Source: Tubulanus polymorphus
Lineage: Eukaryota > Animalia > Nemertea
NCBI RefSeq assembly: GCF_964204645.1
Contig: NC_134026.1
Span: 7,463,950 to 7,527,949, forward strand
Direction of reading: 5' to 3'
DNA length: 64,000 bases
The position numbers and the translations under genes were made by a program. The notes beneath the pieces are model-generated. The model was given only the letters and a program-made list of their open reading frames with translations. It was not told the origin of the DNA and searched no databases. Positions 1 through 10,673 of the stretch are shown in pieces (positions within the stretch are counted from its first letter, which is position 1; every line of letters begins with the position of its first letter).

Positions 1-7
1 TTTCTAG

Positions 8-101
8 GAATTCTTACAAACAAACCGTTGATATATTTTTGAATATTGCCGCTGCTATGGAGAATGGTGAATATGATTTCGATGGAACCAGAGACAAAAA
101 G
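8..101 (+). CDS. DCTN1: Dynactin subunit 1 (p150Glued) internal exon; gene starts upstream of the window
   Basis: tttctAG acceptor, GTttgt donor; NSYKQTVDIFLNIAAAMENGEYDFDGTRDKK resembles p150Glued AMQEGEYD. Confidence 0.88.
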
Positions 102-123
102 GTTTGTGTCCTTAAAAATCCTG

Positions 124-232
124 GACCCAGATTTATAGACTGGTGTTAACTTTAACCCAGGGGCTAACTCAATTCATTTTCAATCGAGTTAGCCCCAGGG
201 TTAAAGATAATACTAGTGTTTAAAACCAGCCC
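124..232. mobile_element. Palindromic MITE with CTG target-site duplication
   Basis: ctg|gacccag...ccagccc|ctg; internal inverted arms taactttaacccaggggctaactc / gagttagccccagggttaaagata. Confidence 0.65.
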
Positions 233-380
233 CTGAGGTTTGGTAATGACTCGAACACTGCAAGTTTACTAACAAAGAAAGGTGCCACCGTAATGAAAGC
301 TGAAAGCAATAGAACTGCGTAAATATTCCTGATTGTGACACGAGTAGTTTGATATGTTTGAGTGTTTACGTATTTTGTAG

Positions 381-509
381 CCGGCTGCTCCTGTGATGTC
401 ACGAGCGATGACCATTAAATCGGAAATGTCTGAAGCTGAAAACGTTCGTTTCAAATTCGAATCGAAAGAAGACGATTTGAAAGAATTACGAAAACAACTT
501 AAAATGAAA
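381..509 (+). CDS. DCTN1: Dynactin subunit 1 exon
   Basis: AG/GT boundaries, phase consistent; PAAPVMSRAMTIKSEMSEAENVRFKFESKEDDLKELRKQLKMK (coiled coil 2). Confidence 0.9.
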
Positions 510-552
510 GTAAGAAGAAATCGGCGCCTGAATCAAATAACACCTCAGTTCT

Positions 553-663
553 CTGGATTCAGTTCCACAGTTGTGAGGTAGAGTTAACTCTGCTCAGTTA
601 AAATCAATTCATTTTCTTTGAGTTAACTCTGGTGTCTAATCTTAACCATGGAACTGGATCCTG
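553..663. mobile_element. MITE of the ccagttccacagttgtgag family (also 12786-12877, 30314-30410, 45712-45808)
   Basis: cagttccacag...tggaactgg inverted ends flanked by CWG; several copies in window. Confidence 0.6.
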
Positions 664-746
664 AATTTCATCCCCAAATGTTTGCAATAATAGTTGTCTG
701 GGTGAAAATTGTACTTAAAGTCTATCAGTTGATGATAGTTATTTAA

Positions 747-998
747 CCCTTTCAGTGCTGACTAATCAATACCCTATAGTAATTCCACCCTAGTGTGTTG
801 AATAATGGGAATATCACTATAGTGCGTCTAGCAGTGTATTGTTAGTTACTAATATTTCACTATGTTTGAAAGGTGCTGCCATCTTTCAATAGAGATAAAA
901 ACTAATTATTGATTACATCAATACACCGCAGTGCGGTGTACTAGCAAAATCCATCACCGATTCGTACACCGCACTGCGGTATAGACGCACTGAAAGGG
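747..998. mobile_element. piggyBac-like MITE
   Basis: TTAA|CCCTTTCAGTGC ... GCACTGAAAGGG|TTGA: 12-bp TIR with near-TTAA TSD. Confidence 0.7.
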
Positions 999-1182
999 TT
1001 GATTTACTATTTTGAAGGAAATACACAAATTCAAAATGGAGGGACGCATGAAGATAAGATTTTCATGCCACCCTCATTGTACACCCGATTACGCTCTCTT
1101 TCTCACCACATTACCATTTCTTCATGTTGTTTGAATGTTCTTCCTGTTGACTCATGAAATGCTTTTTAATAATGTTCTGTAG

Positions 1183-1325
1183 CAAGAGGAATTGAGTGAA
1201 ATGCAGGTTAGACTCGGACTGACGGAGAAAAAATTGGAGAATTCCACACGAGATGCGGATGAAAGAGTCGATAAAGTTCAGCGTAGACTCGACGAGGCTT
1301 TACAACAACTGAAGAAGAAAGAAAA
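1183..1325 (+). CDS. DCTN1: Dynactin subunit 1 exon
   Basis: AG/GTAAGT; [48 protein letters not shown] resembles vertebrate EELSEANVRLSLLEKKLD..DADERIEK. Confidence 0.93.
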
Positions 1326-1722
1326 GTAAGTAACATTTCTAAATTCAGACTCAGTTCCACAGTTGTCAGTTTGACAGTTATAAGCAACGAGGATGTAGAA
1401 CTATGGAAACTGGGTCCCGGTTAAGTTTCTTAACCCAAGAGATAGAAATAGAAGGATATTTCATGCTTTATCCTATCTATAAGGTATCCCTTAAATCAGA
1501 TTTCACCAGTCTTAGAGATACATTTCTCAGACTTCCATAGTGTTGCTACCATACTGCTATGAGATACATGTATCTCAATACTTCAGCATCTTCTCAGCAT
1601 GTTGTTTACGGTTTCATATCTAGCACTCTGGCAATGAGGATTACACAGTTCCTGATTGGCTGAGACGGTGGACGCCTTCAAAGGTGATGGGTCAATTCTA
1701 AATTGTTTTGTTTGTATTGTAG

Positions 1723-1874
1723 GGAATTTGAAGAGACTATGGATGCTCTACAGGCCGATATCGATGCTTTAGAACATGAGAAATCCGAATTAAAAGATCG
1801 TCTAAAAACGTTATCAAAGAAGTCATTATTGGAAGGATTAAGTCGTCAAGGAGGAATCACTACGGCAGTATCAG
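1723..1874 (+). CDS. DCTN1: Dynactin subunit 1 exon
   Basis: Hallmark [24 protein letters not shown]; AG/GT boundaries. Confidence 0.95.
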
Positions 1875-1889
1875 GTCAGTTCAATATCA

Positions 1890-2056
1890 ATCAGGACTTG
1901 TGTTCCACAAATCAGGATCCATTTCTACAGTTCTGGATCCAGTTCCATAGTTCAGGATCCAGATCCACAGTTCAGTATCCAGTTCCACAATTCAGGATCC
2001 AGTTCTACAGTTCTGGTTCCAGTTCTACAGTTCAGGATCCAGCTCAACAGTTCGTG
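1890..2056 (+). repeat. ~19-bp minisatellite (caggatccagttccacagtt) derived from a MITE terminus
   Basis: About 8 degenerate tandem units in a DCTN1 intron; related run at 13200-13470. Confidence 0.7.
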
Positions 2057-2303
2057 GTTAAGTTAGACTCAATGGATAAAATGAGTTCATTCAAGTGTAA
2101 TGTCTCGCTCATTTACCCCATGAAGCTGCTCATCAACTATTAGGGAAAACTTGTACTTCAAATAAAGGAATTTACCTTTAAAGTACCATTGTCTTTAGGC
2201 TAACCGTCTCAAGTGCGAAATTGTTGATCAGTTACTGGAGCGAGAAAATAAGAAATTGTGGAGTATTTTAATAGTATGTTGATTTTATTTGTATTTTTAA
2301 CAG

Positions 2304-2386
2304 GAAGTGGATCGCCATCTAGTCCGGGTTCATCTTATCCTCCGAGTTTATCAGTTCGGGGAGAGTCTCCAGTTCTTATACAACAG
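2304..2386 (+). CDS. DCTN1: Dynactin subunit 1 exon
   Basis: cAG/GTaatc, phase consistent; GSGSPSSPGSSYPPSLSVRGESPVLIQQ (cf. DSPLLLQQ). Confidence 0.85.
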
Positions 2387-2734
2387 GTAATCCGACAGAT
2401 TCCACCGATCCTGGGTCATGCAATAGTTTACTGTTTTACAGTTATACAATTGACCAGTTGTTGTACAGGGTCCAGTTTCATGAAAAACTTTAAACTCTTA
2501 AATTGATTTCATTAATTCAGTTTATCTTATTTCGATTAAGCAGGTTAAACATTATTGCGAAATCAGACCCAGGATCATTTCTTACATAATCATTGGTTAA
2601 AAACTCTCTAACAGTTTTAAGATGATATCGAACCTAATATCTCAAATCTAAACTTAATTTCAGCCTCGTTTGTCCTTTAACGCTATAATGTGCTCTTCTG
2701 TGGCTGCAGTGTGTGAATTTGTATTTGATTTCAG

Positions 2735-2806
2735 ATCGAGTCTTTACGCCAAGCTTTGAAACACGTCAAAAATGAAAACTTGCGATTCCAAGCAAAACAA
2801 ATCAAG
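2735..2806 (+). CDS. DCTN1: Dynactin subunit 1 exon
   Basis: ttcAG/GTatta; IESLRQALKHVKNENLRFQAKQIK. Confidence 0.85.
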
Positions 2807-2891
2807 GTATTAAGACTAAATCGTTTCTGGTTGAAATTTATTCTAAAAAGCGAGAAAAATCATAAACTTAATGTTTAACGATGGTTTTTAG

Positions 2892-3047
2892 TGTGAGATG
2901 GAGAAGTTACCGAAACTGAACGTTCCCAAGAAACCGACTGGAATGCAACATACAACTGGACTAGTGAAAATAGGAGAAGGAATTGAAGACGAAAACTTGA
3001 AAACAGAAATTAATAAACTTACACACAAGTCATCAGCTTTACTGACA
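2892..3047 (+). CDS. DCTN1: Dynactin subunit 1 exon
   Basis: tttttAG/GTaggt; CEMEKLPKLNVPKK...LTHKSSALLT (cf. LPPLHVAK...KTSQLL). Confidence 0.85.
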
Positions 3048-3348
3048 GTAGGTTACTCCCCCTCCCCTTCCCTCTCTTTTCTGTATGTGAGAGAAGAGAA
3101 TCCATTGACGGTCTCGCGGTAATCGAAGGCATTCTTCAATTGAACCCGACCAATTCTGGACTTCTCTTCTGGTGTGTTCGTTTCGACAAGAATAGACTGG
3201 CATTGCCCATTCTGAAATAGTACAATCTGTAAACCTGGTAGAGAGTTTGTAATCTGGAATTGCTTTTTCCTAAACAGCCTATACATTCAGTCAAAACCTG
3301 TCTAAAAAAAGAACAATTTAAAAACGTGTTAGATGTTTGTATTTGTAG

Positions 3349-3498
3349 CAATTACATACAATGAGTTGTTGTCCTATGGTTGTCGATATCACTAAACGTA
3401 AACCAGCTGAGCATCCTGTTATTGAGAAAGTCAATCCAGCCAATCAGCTCATAGAACACACAGCTAAACTACGTGATATGCAGAAACAAGCTACTGAG
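3349..3498 (+). CDS. DCTN1: Dynactin subunit 1 exon
   Basis: AG/GT; QLHTMSCCPMVVDITKRKP...PANQLIEHTAKL (cf. VVDITR..PSAQLMEQ). Confidence 0.88.
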
Positions 3499-3817
3499 GT
3501 AATTCTATTTCTCCTTCTTCTCTCCCATTTCCATCCTCCCTCTCCCTCATATTTTTGCATTTTTCCCCACTTACCTAGAATTCAGGGAATTTTCTTTTCT
3601 TTAAAAAAGTCAGGGAATTGTCAGGGAATTTTGTGGAAAAGCTAAAAATCAGGGAAAATCCTGTGGGAATCCTATCTCCTCTAGCTGCTCTGCCCTTCAT
3701 CTTTCCTTTCTCTTACTCTCCCTGCCTTTCTGTCAATCTCTCTTTCCTCTACTCAATTTCATGATTCCCTCTTCACAATCTCTCCCCTCCTCTCTTTCTA
3801 TTTTGTCTTCACCTATG

Positions 3818-3978
3818 GGGTAATTCATTTAATACGTACACATTAGGGGAGGGGAGGGGTCAGTGCAATTGCGTACTGTAATGCTTAATGTATATGAAAA
3901 AATGGCCGATTTTGCGTACAGAGGGGAGGGGGGTTGAAAAATTCAAATTTTATGCGTACGTAATAAATGAATGATCCC
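3818..3978. mobile_element. MITE (GGG..ATTCATTTA..ACGTAC termini)
   Basis: gggtaattcatttaatacgtac ... gtacgtaataaatgaatgatccc inverted termini. Confidence 0.65.
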
Positions 3979-4047
3979 TATATGATATTTCTAGCTGTAT
4001 TTCGATGATAGGTTGGTCATTTCATACACTGTTTATGTCTTTTATAG

Positions 4048-4143
4048 TTACAAGTACAAGTGACGTGTTTAATGGCTGCTAATAGAACTGGAGGTCGAGT
4101 TAAAACTGATTTCTCTCTCTTCCCAACTCCTGCATTCGCTAAG
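4048..4143 (+). CDS. DCTN1: Dynactin subunit 1 exon
   Basis: AG/GT; LQVQVTCLMAANRTGGRVKTDFSLFPTPAFAK (cf. TDFATFPSSAF). Confidence 0.9.
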
Positions 4144-4189
4144 GTTTGTTTTGTAGTATACCGTAATTTATATCTTATAGTTTTGTCAT

Positions 4190-4440
4190 AACATTTTGCA
4201 GATGACTATTAGAATTAAGTCGAAAGTTGAATTATCTACTTGCCCAAGGAAATGTTACGGACTTTATAACATAAGTATTCCTGAAGATGACTATTAGAAT
4301 AAGTCAAAACATTGAAAAAAGTTTTAGCTCAGGGAAACATTTTGGACTTTATGACGATATTATTTCTGAAGATCACTATTAGGATGGATATGATCGAAAT
4401 GTCGAATAGACTACTAGCTCAAGGAAACATTTCGGACTTA
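4190..4440 (+). repeat. Three ~85-bp tandem repeats, each with a degenerate minimal hammerhead ribozyme motif
   Basis: Consensus tattc-CTGAAGA-t-gact..agtc-GAAACGTY-gaata; each individual copy has core mutations. Confidence 0.6.
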
Positions 4441-4491
4441 GTTTTTCATTCTTACCATGAGCGTGGTTATAATTGTTTTATTTGATTGTAG

Positions 4492-4626
4492 GTGTTACAT
4501 GAAAGGAGTGGTGAAATGAGACGAGTTGGTAGAATACAGATACCCAGTAAACAGCACAGTGAAACGATACCAGTTCATATTCACCCCGATCAACTTAAAC
4601 ATATTCACGCTAGGTTTATCAGATAG
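4492..4626 (+). CDS. DCTN1: Dynactin subunit 1 last coding exon
   Basis: AG acceptor; ends PDQLKHIHARFIR-TAG (cf. QEQLHQLHSRLIS C-terminus). Confidence 0.9.
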   Translation: MLHERSGEMRRVGRIQIPSKQHSETIPVHIHPDQLKHIHARFIR

Positions 4627-5908
4627 ATATATCCGAATGAAGCCTAGTAGGTGTTTGTAATGGATGCTTGAATTATCACACAGTAGACTGCGTTTACCGC
4701 TGATTGCCTCGGATCTCAGCTTGCCCCAGAATCCATCTACTCCGGAGTCGATTGCTTCGGATTAGCCTCCCACTGCCTCCGAATTTGCATACCTCAGAGA
4801 GAATTGATTGGTCTGTACGAAATCTGAGGCGAACGCAGAGTCTACTGTACAAAGCAGTTCTTGTAAAACTGACAACTTTCATCAGCATAAAATCTTCGAT
4901 TTTTGTCAGCTAGAAGAAATCATTAGACGGGAACCAGTTCTAGAAGTTTGGCGTTTGAGGTTGTATAATTACCGGTTAAAATGAACTCATTGCGAATGAA
5001 AATGGAATCCGCAGTGGAATTTGTGTCCAGAAAACTATATTCCAATTCTGTGTGAAAGTTGTTTGCTTTTTACAAGTGCCGACATTATCTTGTGGATTTA
5101 TGAATTATTTCTGTGCATGGTTTAAAATCGAGTACGATTATGTCGTATTATTATTTATATATATATTATAATTTATCTTTTCGAGGTTAAAAATCCTCTT
5201 CATGGTTTCATTTGAGTGAAATGGCTCTCCGTCAAACTGGTCTATAAGTCTATTCTACATATTGTATAACGTGTGTGTAAGACTTTCGCTGGTAACAATA
5301 GAGGAAGAAACTATAACTTTAGAAACGCGTGATTCTTCGAGGAAAATTTGACCTTTAGGTATTACACATATAGAGCTTAGTGTTCAGTGGTGAAAATCAG
5401 AGAGAAATTTAGGAAAATATTAGAATATTTTACTATTGGTTTTGAAGCTTATCTTCAACGGTGAAATGTGTACTTAAAGAAACTAAGACTTCGAAATAAA
5501 GCGTTTACGAGTTTATAAAATGTAAGATAATGGTATTTAGTTTAAGCTTCGGGGGTTTGAAATCTGCAGATCTCTCATATATACATTTTCCTTTAAGAAA
5601 GTATAGAGGACACGGGGAGGGGGTTTCGCTATTGTGTAGAAGAGGGGAGAATATGATATACTGTTGTAGCTATATGAACGTACGATGTAAATCTGTATTC
5701 TGCCGATTGTTTGTCAAATTTGTTTTTGAGGGAGACCTGAAAATAAGTTAGGGCATGTTTCGGTATGTGTATCACAGTAGATGGCTCTGCAGGTCGGTTA
5801 ACAATGTCTGACCTTCATAGATGAGTACAGTCCCTGCGAACAATCCCTCTCAACCCCCGGGATCAATCCCCACGTGTTGTATCTATATACTGCAGACAGT
5901 TTATGAAT

Positions 5909-5914
5909 AATAAA
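5909..5914 (+). promoter_or_regulatory. Candidate DCTN1 polyadenylation signal (alternative at 5495-5500)
   Basis: AATAAA followed by GT-rich sequence downstream of the stop codon. Confidence 0.3.
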
Positions 5915-6372
5915 TGAAGATGTGTCAGGTTTTCGCCGTTAAACACATTGCTCTAAAACTCTCCCGGGTAATAGGGGTCTACAGTAAATATTGTCTGATG
6001 ACCTATAAACATTACACCTAGCTCATCATCGCTTTCCATCTCCTGATATCACTTTTACAATAACACGAAAAAATGTAGAACATGAGAAATTTATTCGAAA
6101 TATCTCGGATCCTTACATAGGTGGAACAATCTTTAAATTGTGGGCTTATCCGAGTACAATATATAATGACTGAAAACGATTGGGTGAATTGAAAATACAA
6201 ATTGGGACTCAGAAATAGAGATGACTTCAGTAATGTGGTGATTTATCAAAGTGATGATTTAGATGGATTTGGCTGAGTTTACATATAGAAATGGTCTACG
6301 GTTCTAGTTCAATGAGACCTTTCTCGTAATTTCACTCTCTGATGAATACACGAGTGTTTCCTGTTTTAGTAA

Positions 6373-6592
6373 GGCCAAAAAAAATTGATACCTTGTTTCT
6401 CCGCTCTGCTGAGCTTAAATGTTGACCCGGCCGGCCGCCTATCTACCCTATACATTACTTTTTTTAAAATCGTGATCAATTTCACCATAACGGACCCGGC
6501 CGCTATAGAAATGAACTGTTTATAAATTTTATCATATTTTACAAAAATGACCCGGCCGCTGCGGAGAAACAAGGTATCATTTTTGTTCAGCC
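6373..6592. mobile_element. PIF/Harbinger-like MITE, TAA TSD
   Basis: TAA|ggccaaaaaaaattgataccttgtttctccgc ... gcggagaaacaaggtatcatttttgttcagcc|TAA. Confidence 0.75.
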
Positions 6593-6738
6593 TAATATCT
6601 GATTTATATCAATTATGTGGCTATTACTGATATTTGAAACCGAAATCTATGACCGCATTGACGCGTATTAGTGACGTAGGCTTATTGTTTGAACGTACAC
6701 GTAATGTAGTAGTATCACCTTTGAGTAATCAATGATTA

Positions 6739-6975
6739 GATCTTAGGCAGAGAGTTCAAGTATCCGAATAGCCATATAAGCGATAACACTAAAAACCTCA
6801 TTTTCTAATGAGTAAATACAGTTTATTAACACGAACGTTTTCGGGATCATATCCCCTCATCAGGTGAAATACAAGTGAATCGAATGATTAAACTACAGGT
6901 TTATATACAACATAAGTTACAAAATTACAAGTGCTAAATTCTAAGCTAATTACAAACCCTCTTATTACCTCCCTC
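6739..6975 (-). mobile_element. 237-bp Penelope-like/retrozyme-like insertion with 13-bp TSD
   Basis: taatcaatgatta at 6726-6738 and 6976-6988; removing the insert restores the palindrome gagtaatca-a-tgattactc; contains a hammerhead motif and AATAAA on the minus strand. Confidence 0.7.
6830..6866 (-). ncRNA. Minimal type I hammerhead ribozyme
   Basis: Minus strand CAC-CUGAUGA-G-GGGAU-AUG-AUCCC-GAA-AACGUU-C-GUG: intact core, 5-bp stem II, palindromic stem III, CAC/GUG stem I. Confidence 0.72.
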
Positions 6976-7185
6976 TAATCAATGATTACTCCAGATCCTT
7001 GGAGTAATGAATTATTACTCCAAGGAATTACTCTGTAGCGGTGAAGCGTGAATATTTCACTAGCAGTTCTTCGATTCCGGATTCAGGAGAAAATATTTTC
7101 AAAAGGGTTTAGTCTGCAGTGTCTAAACACACTCTAATCTTTTCATCGGATGTTGTATGTTGTATGTACATGTACCATATTTAAA

Positions 7186-9260
7186 CTACATGTGTTATCG
7201 ATTTCAAACGTGAACATTTTTGAAGAATAGTTCCTTCTCCGAGCGTGCCATCTCTAGGGAATATATGGGGAACTAATTTCGTATTCTGAAGGTTGATATC
7301 GTATTTTCTCGGGTGTCAATTCGTTGAAATCACAAGAGGGGATTTTTATACGAAGAATAGGCTTCAATCATGTATGGTGCGGTAAGAGAGGGATGGAGAG
7401 ACCAGTGTATATCCGGGTAGATCGAATACCATACAGAGCCGATTCTGAAAATTGATTCCTTTTCATCAACGATAGCAGATCCGCGCAACAGATTCTGCTG
7501 AAATGAAATTAGAAAAAAACCTCGTCGTAATATCATCGTCCTCTTTGGAATTAGACGCAAGTCGTCGGAAATTCAATCTAGTTTCTTTTTTTAACTGAAT
7601 CCAATCGAATTTCGCTGCTCAATTTTGGCTGAAACTGCTTAACTTGTTACTAATGCCGACTTTCAACTTGAAATTAATCTCTGTTGAATAGACTATCTAT
7701 AGTCAACGATTAAACCGGTTCTGTGATTGGCTATCTATCTATTCTCGCTGGTATCAGCTCTCCTGTCTCTCTTACAGTGTAATCCATTGACCTTGATATT
7801 AAGAGTCTCCTTATGATCTGGGGCCTCATTCTTACTACAGCACGATTTCAATGTTTCGATTTACAACATCGTGTTTTAAAAACTCCTGCAGATTAATTTA
7901 TTTTCTTGTCATAAAAAGCCGAGATTGTATAGTTACAACGAGAGGAATGCGAGTTCATCAATTTGACCCCTGTTTGATTCACAATTACTTGTACATCTTA
8001 AAAACAGACAACACTGCATTGAATTCCTGAAGATATTCATTTTTACCTCAGAGACACTTTTACCTCAGTGGCACCGAACCCAGGGGCCGGTCGCTTAGTC
8101 ATGGCTTAGACTTAAGACCAGTCTAAGACCAACTTAGTTCAATAGCCAATTCAACAACTTAAGATCAGTCTTAAGATTTAAGACCACTTTTGGACTTAAG
8201 TCACGACTGTGCAACTGGGGCCGGTTCCATAGTCGAGACTTAAGTACAAAAGTCGTCTTTAAACCTTAAGACTGGTCTTAAGCTTTTAGATTAGCTATAG
8301 AACTAGGATAGTCTTAGACTGGTCTTTCGTCTAAGCGATGATTATGGAACCGGCCCCAGGAGCCAGGGTAGTTAACTGAGCCCACATTATTCATTATCGA
8401 TTGTGGCGTGTTGCTATGGTAGTGGTTTACAGATCCTTTCTGTTTTAAAATGCAGTCATTATTTGATTAATTTCTACAATGTAATTAGAGGTGATTAACT
8501 ATTGATATTTGAAATTAGGCTTTATGTGTGTAAAGTTTAGGTGCATCAATGAGTCGACTAAAAAGCTAATAAAATATATCTTTCGTTGCAAATCATTTGT
8601 AGTTTTCTTGTGGTATATTTTTTACGAAGAAAAAGAATTCTAGTGATTAAAGTCCATTTTGGAGTTTTTGAGTCATCTCTGTGCAACTCGGGCTGGGATC
8701 GGTGTTTACATGACTGTCTGAGCTTGGAGTAATTCAAGGTCTGAGCTCGTTTTAGCTCTATAACAATAAAGACCAGTATCAGTTGATTATCTCTCATTGT
8801 ATGGCTAATCTGGAAAGTTAAGACCAGTCTTTAGATTTAGGACCATTTCAGAAGAAGTAAGTCAGAAATGTATACAACCGCTCCCCGATTGGGACACTAG
8901 TCAGAGAGTCAGTCAGTCGGGAGATGTGAAGATTGGAGTTTATCAAAATGAAATGATGTGGGCACAGGGACTTGTCACGATTGATAGTAAATTAATAAAA
9001 CCAGTATCATTGACCAACTCCAGTATCCCTGTATAATAAATTTTTTTGTTATACTGGAGTTGGTCTCTGCTACTGGTTGGGGGGGGGGGGGGGGGTTGGC
9101 AAGTAAACCTCAGCTGGCAGCAGCGACGGTGGCGGCTGGGTTCTGATGACAACAATTCACTTCGTGATTCGTATTTTGTGGCTTCATGAATATTGTATTT
9201 CTCGGGATCCTGCTGAATATCAATACAGTTCGAAAATAAGTTGTAGAGCATTTACATTTT
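7186..9260 (+). repeat. Left copy of a diverged ~2-kb block duplicated at 54880-57670
   Basis: Collinear shared segments, e.g. gggaactaatttcgtattctgaaggttgatatcgtattttctcgggtgtcaattcgttgaaatcacaa and ggcaagtaaacctcagc. Confidence 0.85.
8084..8356. mobile_element. Two nested ~135-bp GGGCC-TIR MITEs (CWG TSD)
   Basis: CAG|gggccggt at 8084; second copy ctg|gggccggttccatag...tatggaaccggccc|cag at 8218-8356; same family as 31819 and 47322. Confidence 0.75.
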
Positions 9261-9299
9261 ATTGGATAATCGCGAATGCTGTAAACTTGAGATCAATAG

Positions 9300-9450
9300 T
9301 TATTTGTCCGAATTTATACAGCGAATATTCACGAACTTCTCGCCCCAGTAAAAGATTTGTGTAGAAATTAACCACAAAGTTGCATACATGGAATTGTGCG
9401 AAAATATCGTATAGAAAATCTCTGTTCCGGTGGGATTGGTAAAAATACTG
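9300..9450 (-). pseudogene. GPCR 3' fragment (TM7/C-tail)
   Basis: RDFLYDIFAQFHVCNFVVNFYTNLLLGREVREY; the rest of the gene is absent. Confidence 0.85.
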
Positions 9451-9473
9451 CAAGACTGTCTGAGAATGCACTG

Positions 9474-9526
9474 ACTGTCAAACCTTGGAGTAATCATTTG
9501 AAATGATTACTCCAAGGTTTGACAGT
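9474..9526. repeat. Near-perfect 53-bp palindrome (mini-MITE)
   Basis: actgtcaaaccttggagtaatcattt-g-aaatgattactccaaggtttgacagt; related to 6720-7030. Confidence 0.7.
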
Positions 9527-9664
9527 GTGACTGCGTGAGAGTGTACTGACTGTCTGATCTGATAGTGTACTGACCGTTGGAGGTACCGTACATCACTGAA
9601 TGTCGCTGTAACCAGGTCGGGTTCAAGTTGTATGAAGTGAACCAAACTTGAGATCATTAGTTAT

Positions 9665-10623
9665 TTATTTGTCTGAATTTCTACAGCGGATTTTCATACA
9701 GAAATATTCACGAATTTCTCGTCCCAGTAAAATATATATGTAGAAATTAACCACAAAGTTGCATACATGGAATTGTGCGAAAATATCGTATAGAAAATGT
9801 CTGTCAGTTGCGGTGACATTGGTAAAAATACTGTAATAGTGGATGGAAGTGTGAACATTGTAAATGCAAGTGAAACAGTAACAAGCATTATTGTTGTACG
9901 CTTGGATTTTGTAGTTTTCTGATCAGATGAAACCATTTTTGAACCCCTGAACAACTGCATTGTTATAACAGAATTTGATGTAATGATTAAAGTAAAAGGT
10001 AGAATATTAACGTTGATGACAAATATGGAGAACACTTTTATTTGATCAATCAACAGATAAAAACATCCATAAAACTGGTCAGCAAAATGTACCGACAAAG
10101 TAGGTGTGAGATAGAGAACCAGTACATTTACTGCAGTAATTATCAAAATAGTAACTCTAGCGAATCTCGGTGTACATATCAAACGAGATTTGAACGGGAA
10201 AAGCACAACTGCCGCACGTTCTAGAGATACTGCTACTATTAGCCACGAACTGTTGACGACTGCAACCGCAAATACAAATTCATAGATTTGACAACTGATC
10301 AATGAATTCATGATGAAGATAGGACCACCTTTAACGTTGAAGAGAATAAACTGTATAACAGGATTCAGTGTAAAACTGATGCAGTACCAAAAGTCACTGA
10401 TAGACAAAACGATCAGATAGTTAGCGTAAGATAAACTGCAGAATCTATGACTTATCATTATCAGGAAAGTAGCTGAATTTCCTATGCCTAAGGCTCCGAA
10501 CAGAAACAAGACAGGCAGATTGCCCAATGACACGATACGGTAGATTTTGGACTTGCTCACCACATACATCAGAACAATGTAACTGTTGTATGTTCGACCA
10601 ATCTGCATCTGAGTAGAATTCAT
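9665..10623 (-). pseudogene. Class A GPCR subfamily A, frameshifted before TM7
   Basis: ORF 9694-10623 is in frame through TM6; 2 extra bp near 9797 relative to paralogs shift TM7; ancestral stop at 9665. Confidence 0.85.
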
Positions 10624-10673
10624 GATTCATGGAGATCAAATGAGAGTGAACGGACTGTCCGAGAGAGCACTGC

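Noticed and set aside
1875-2143. ORF-track extensions of DCTN1 exons into introns (also 510-581, 2387-2506, 3048-3122, 3499-3645)
   Set aside because: Read-through past clear GT donors into repeats or low-complexity intron sequence
7255-7560. Possible minus-strand exon in the duplicated block (acceptor tttcatttcag; QNLLRGSAIVDE)
   Set aside because: Frame not preserved in the right-hand copy and no recognisable homology
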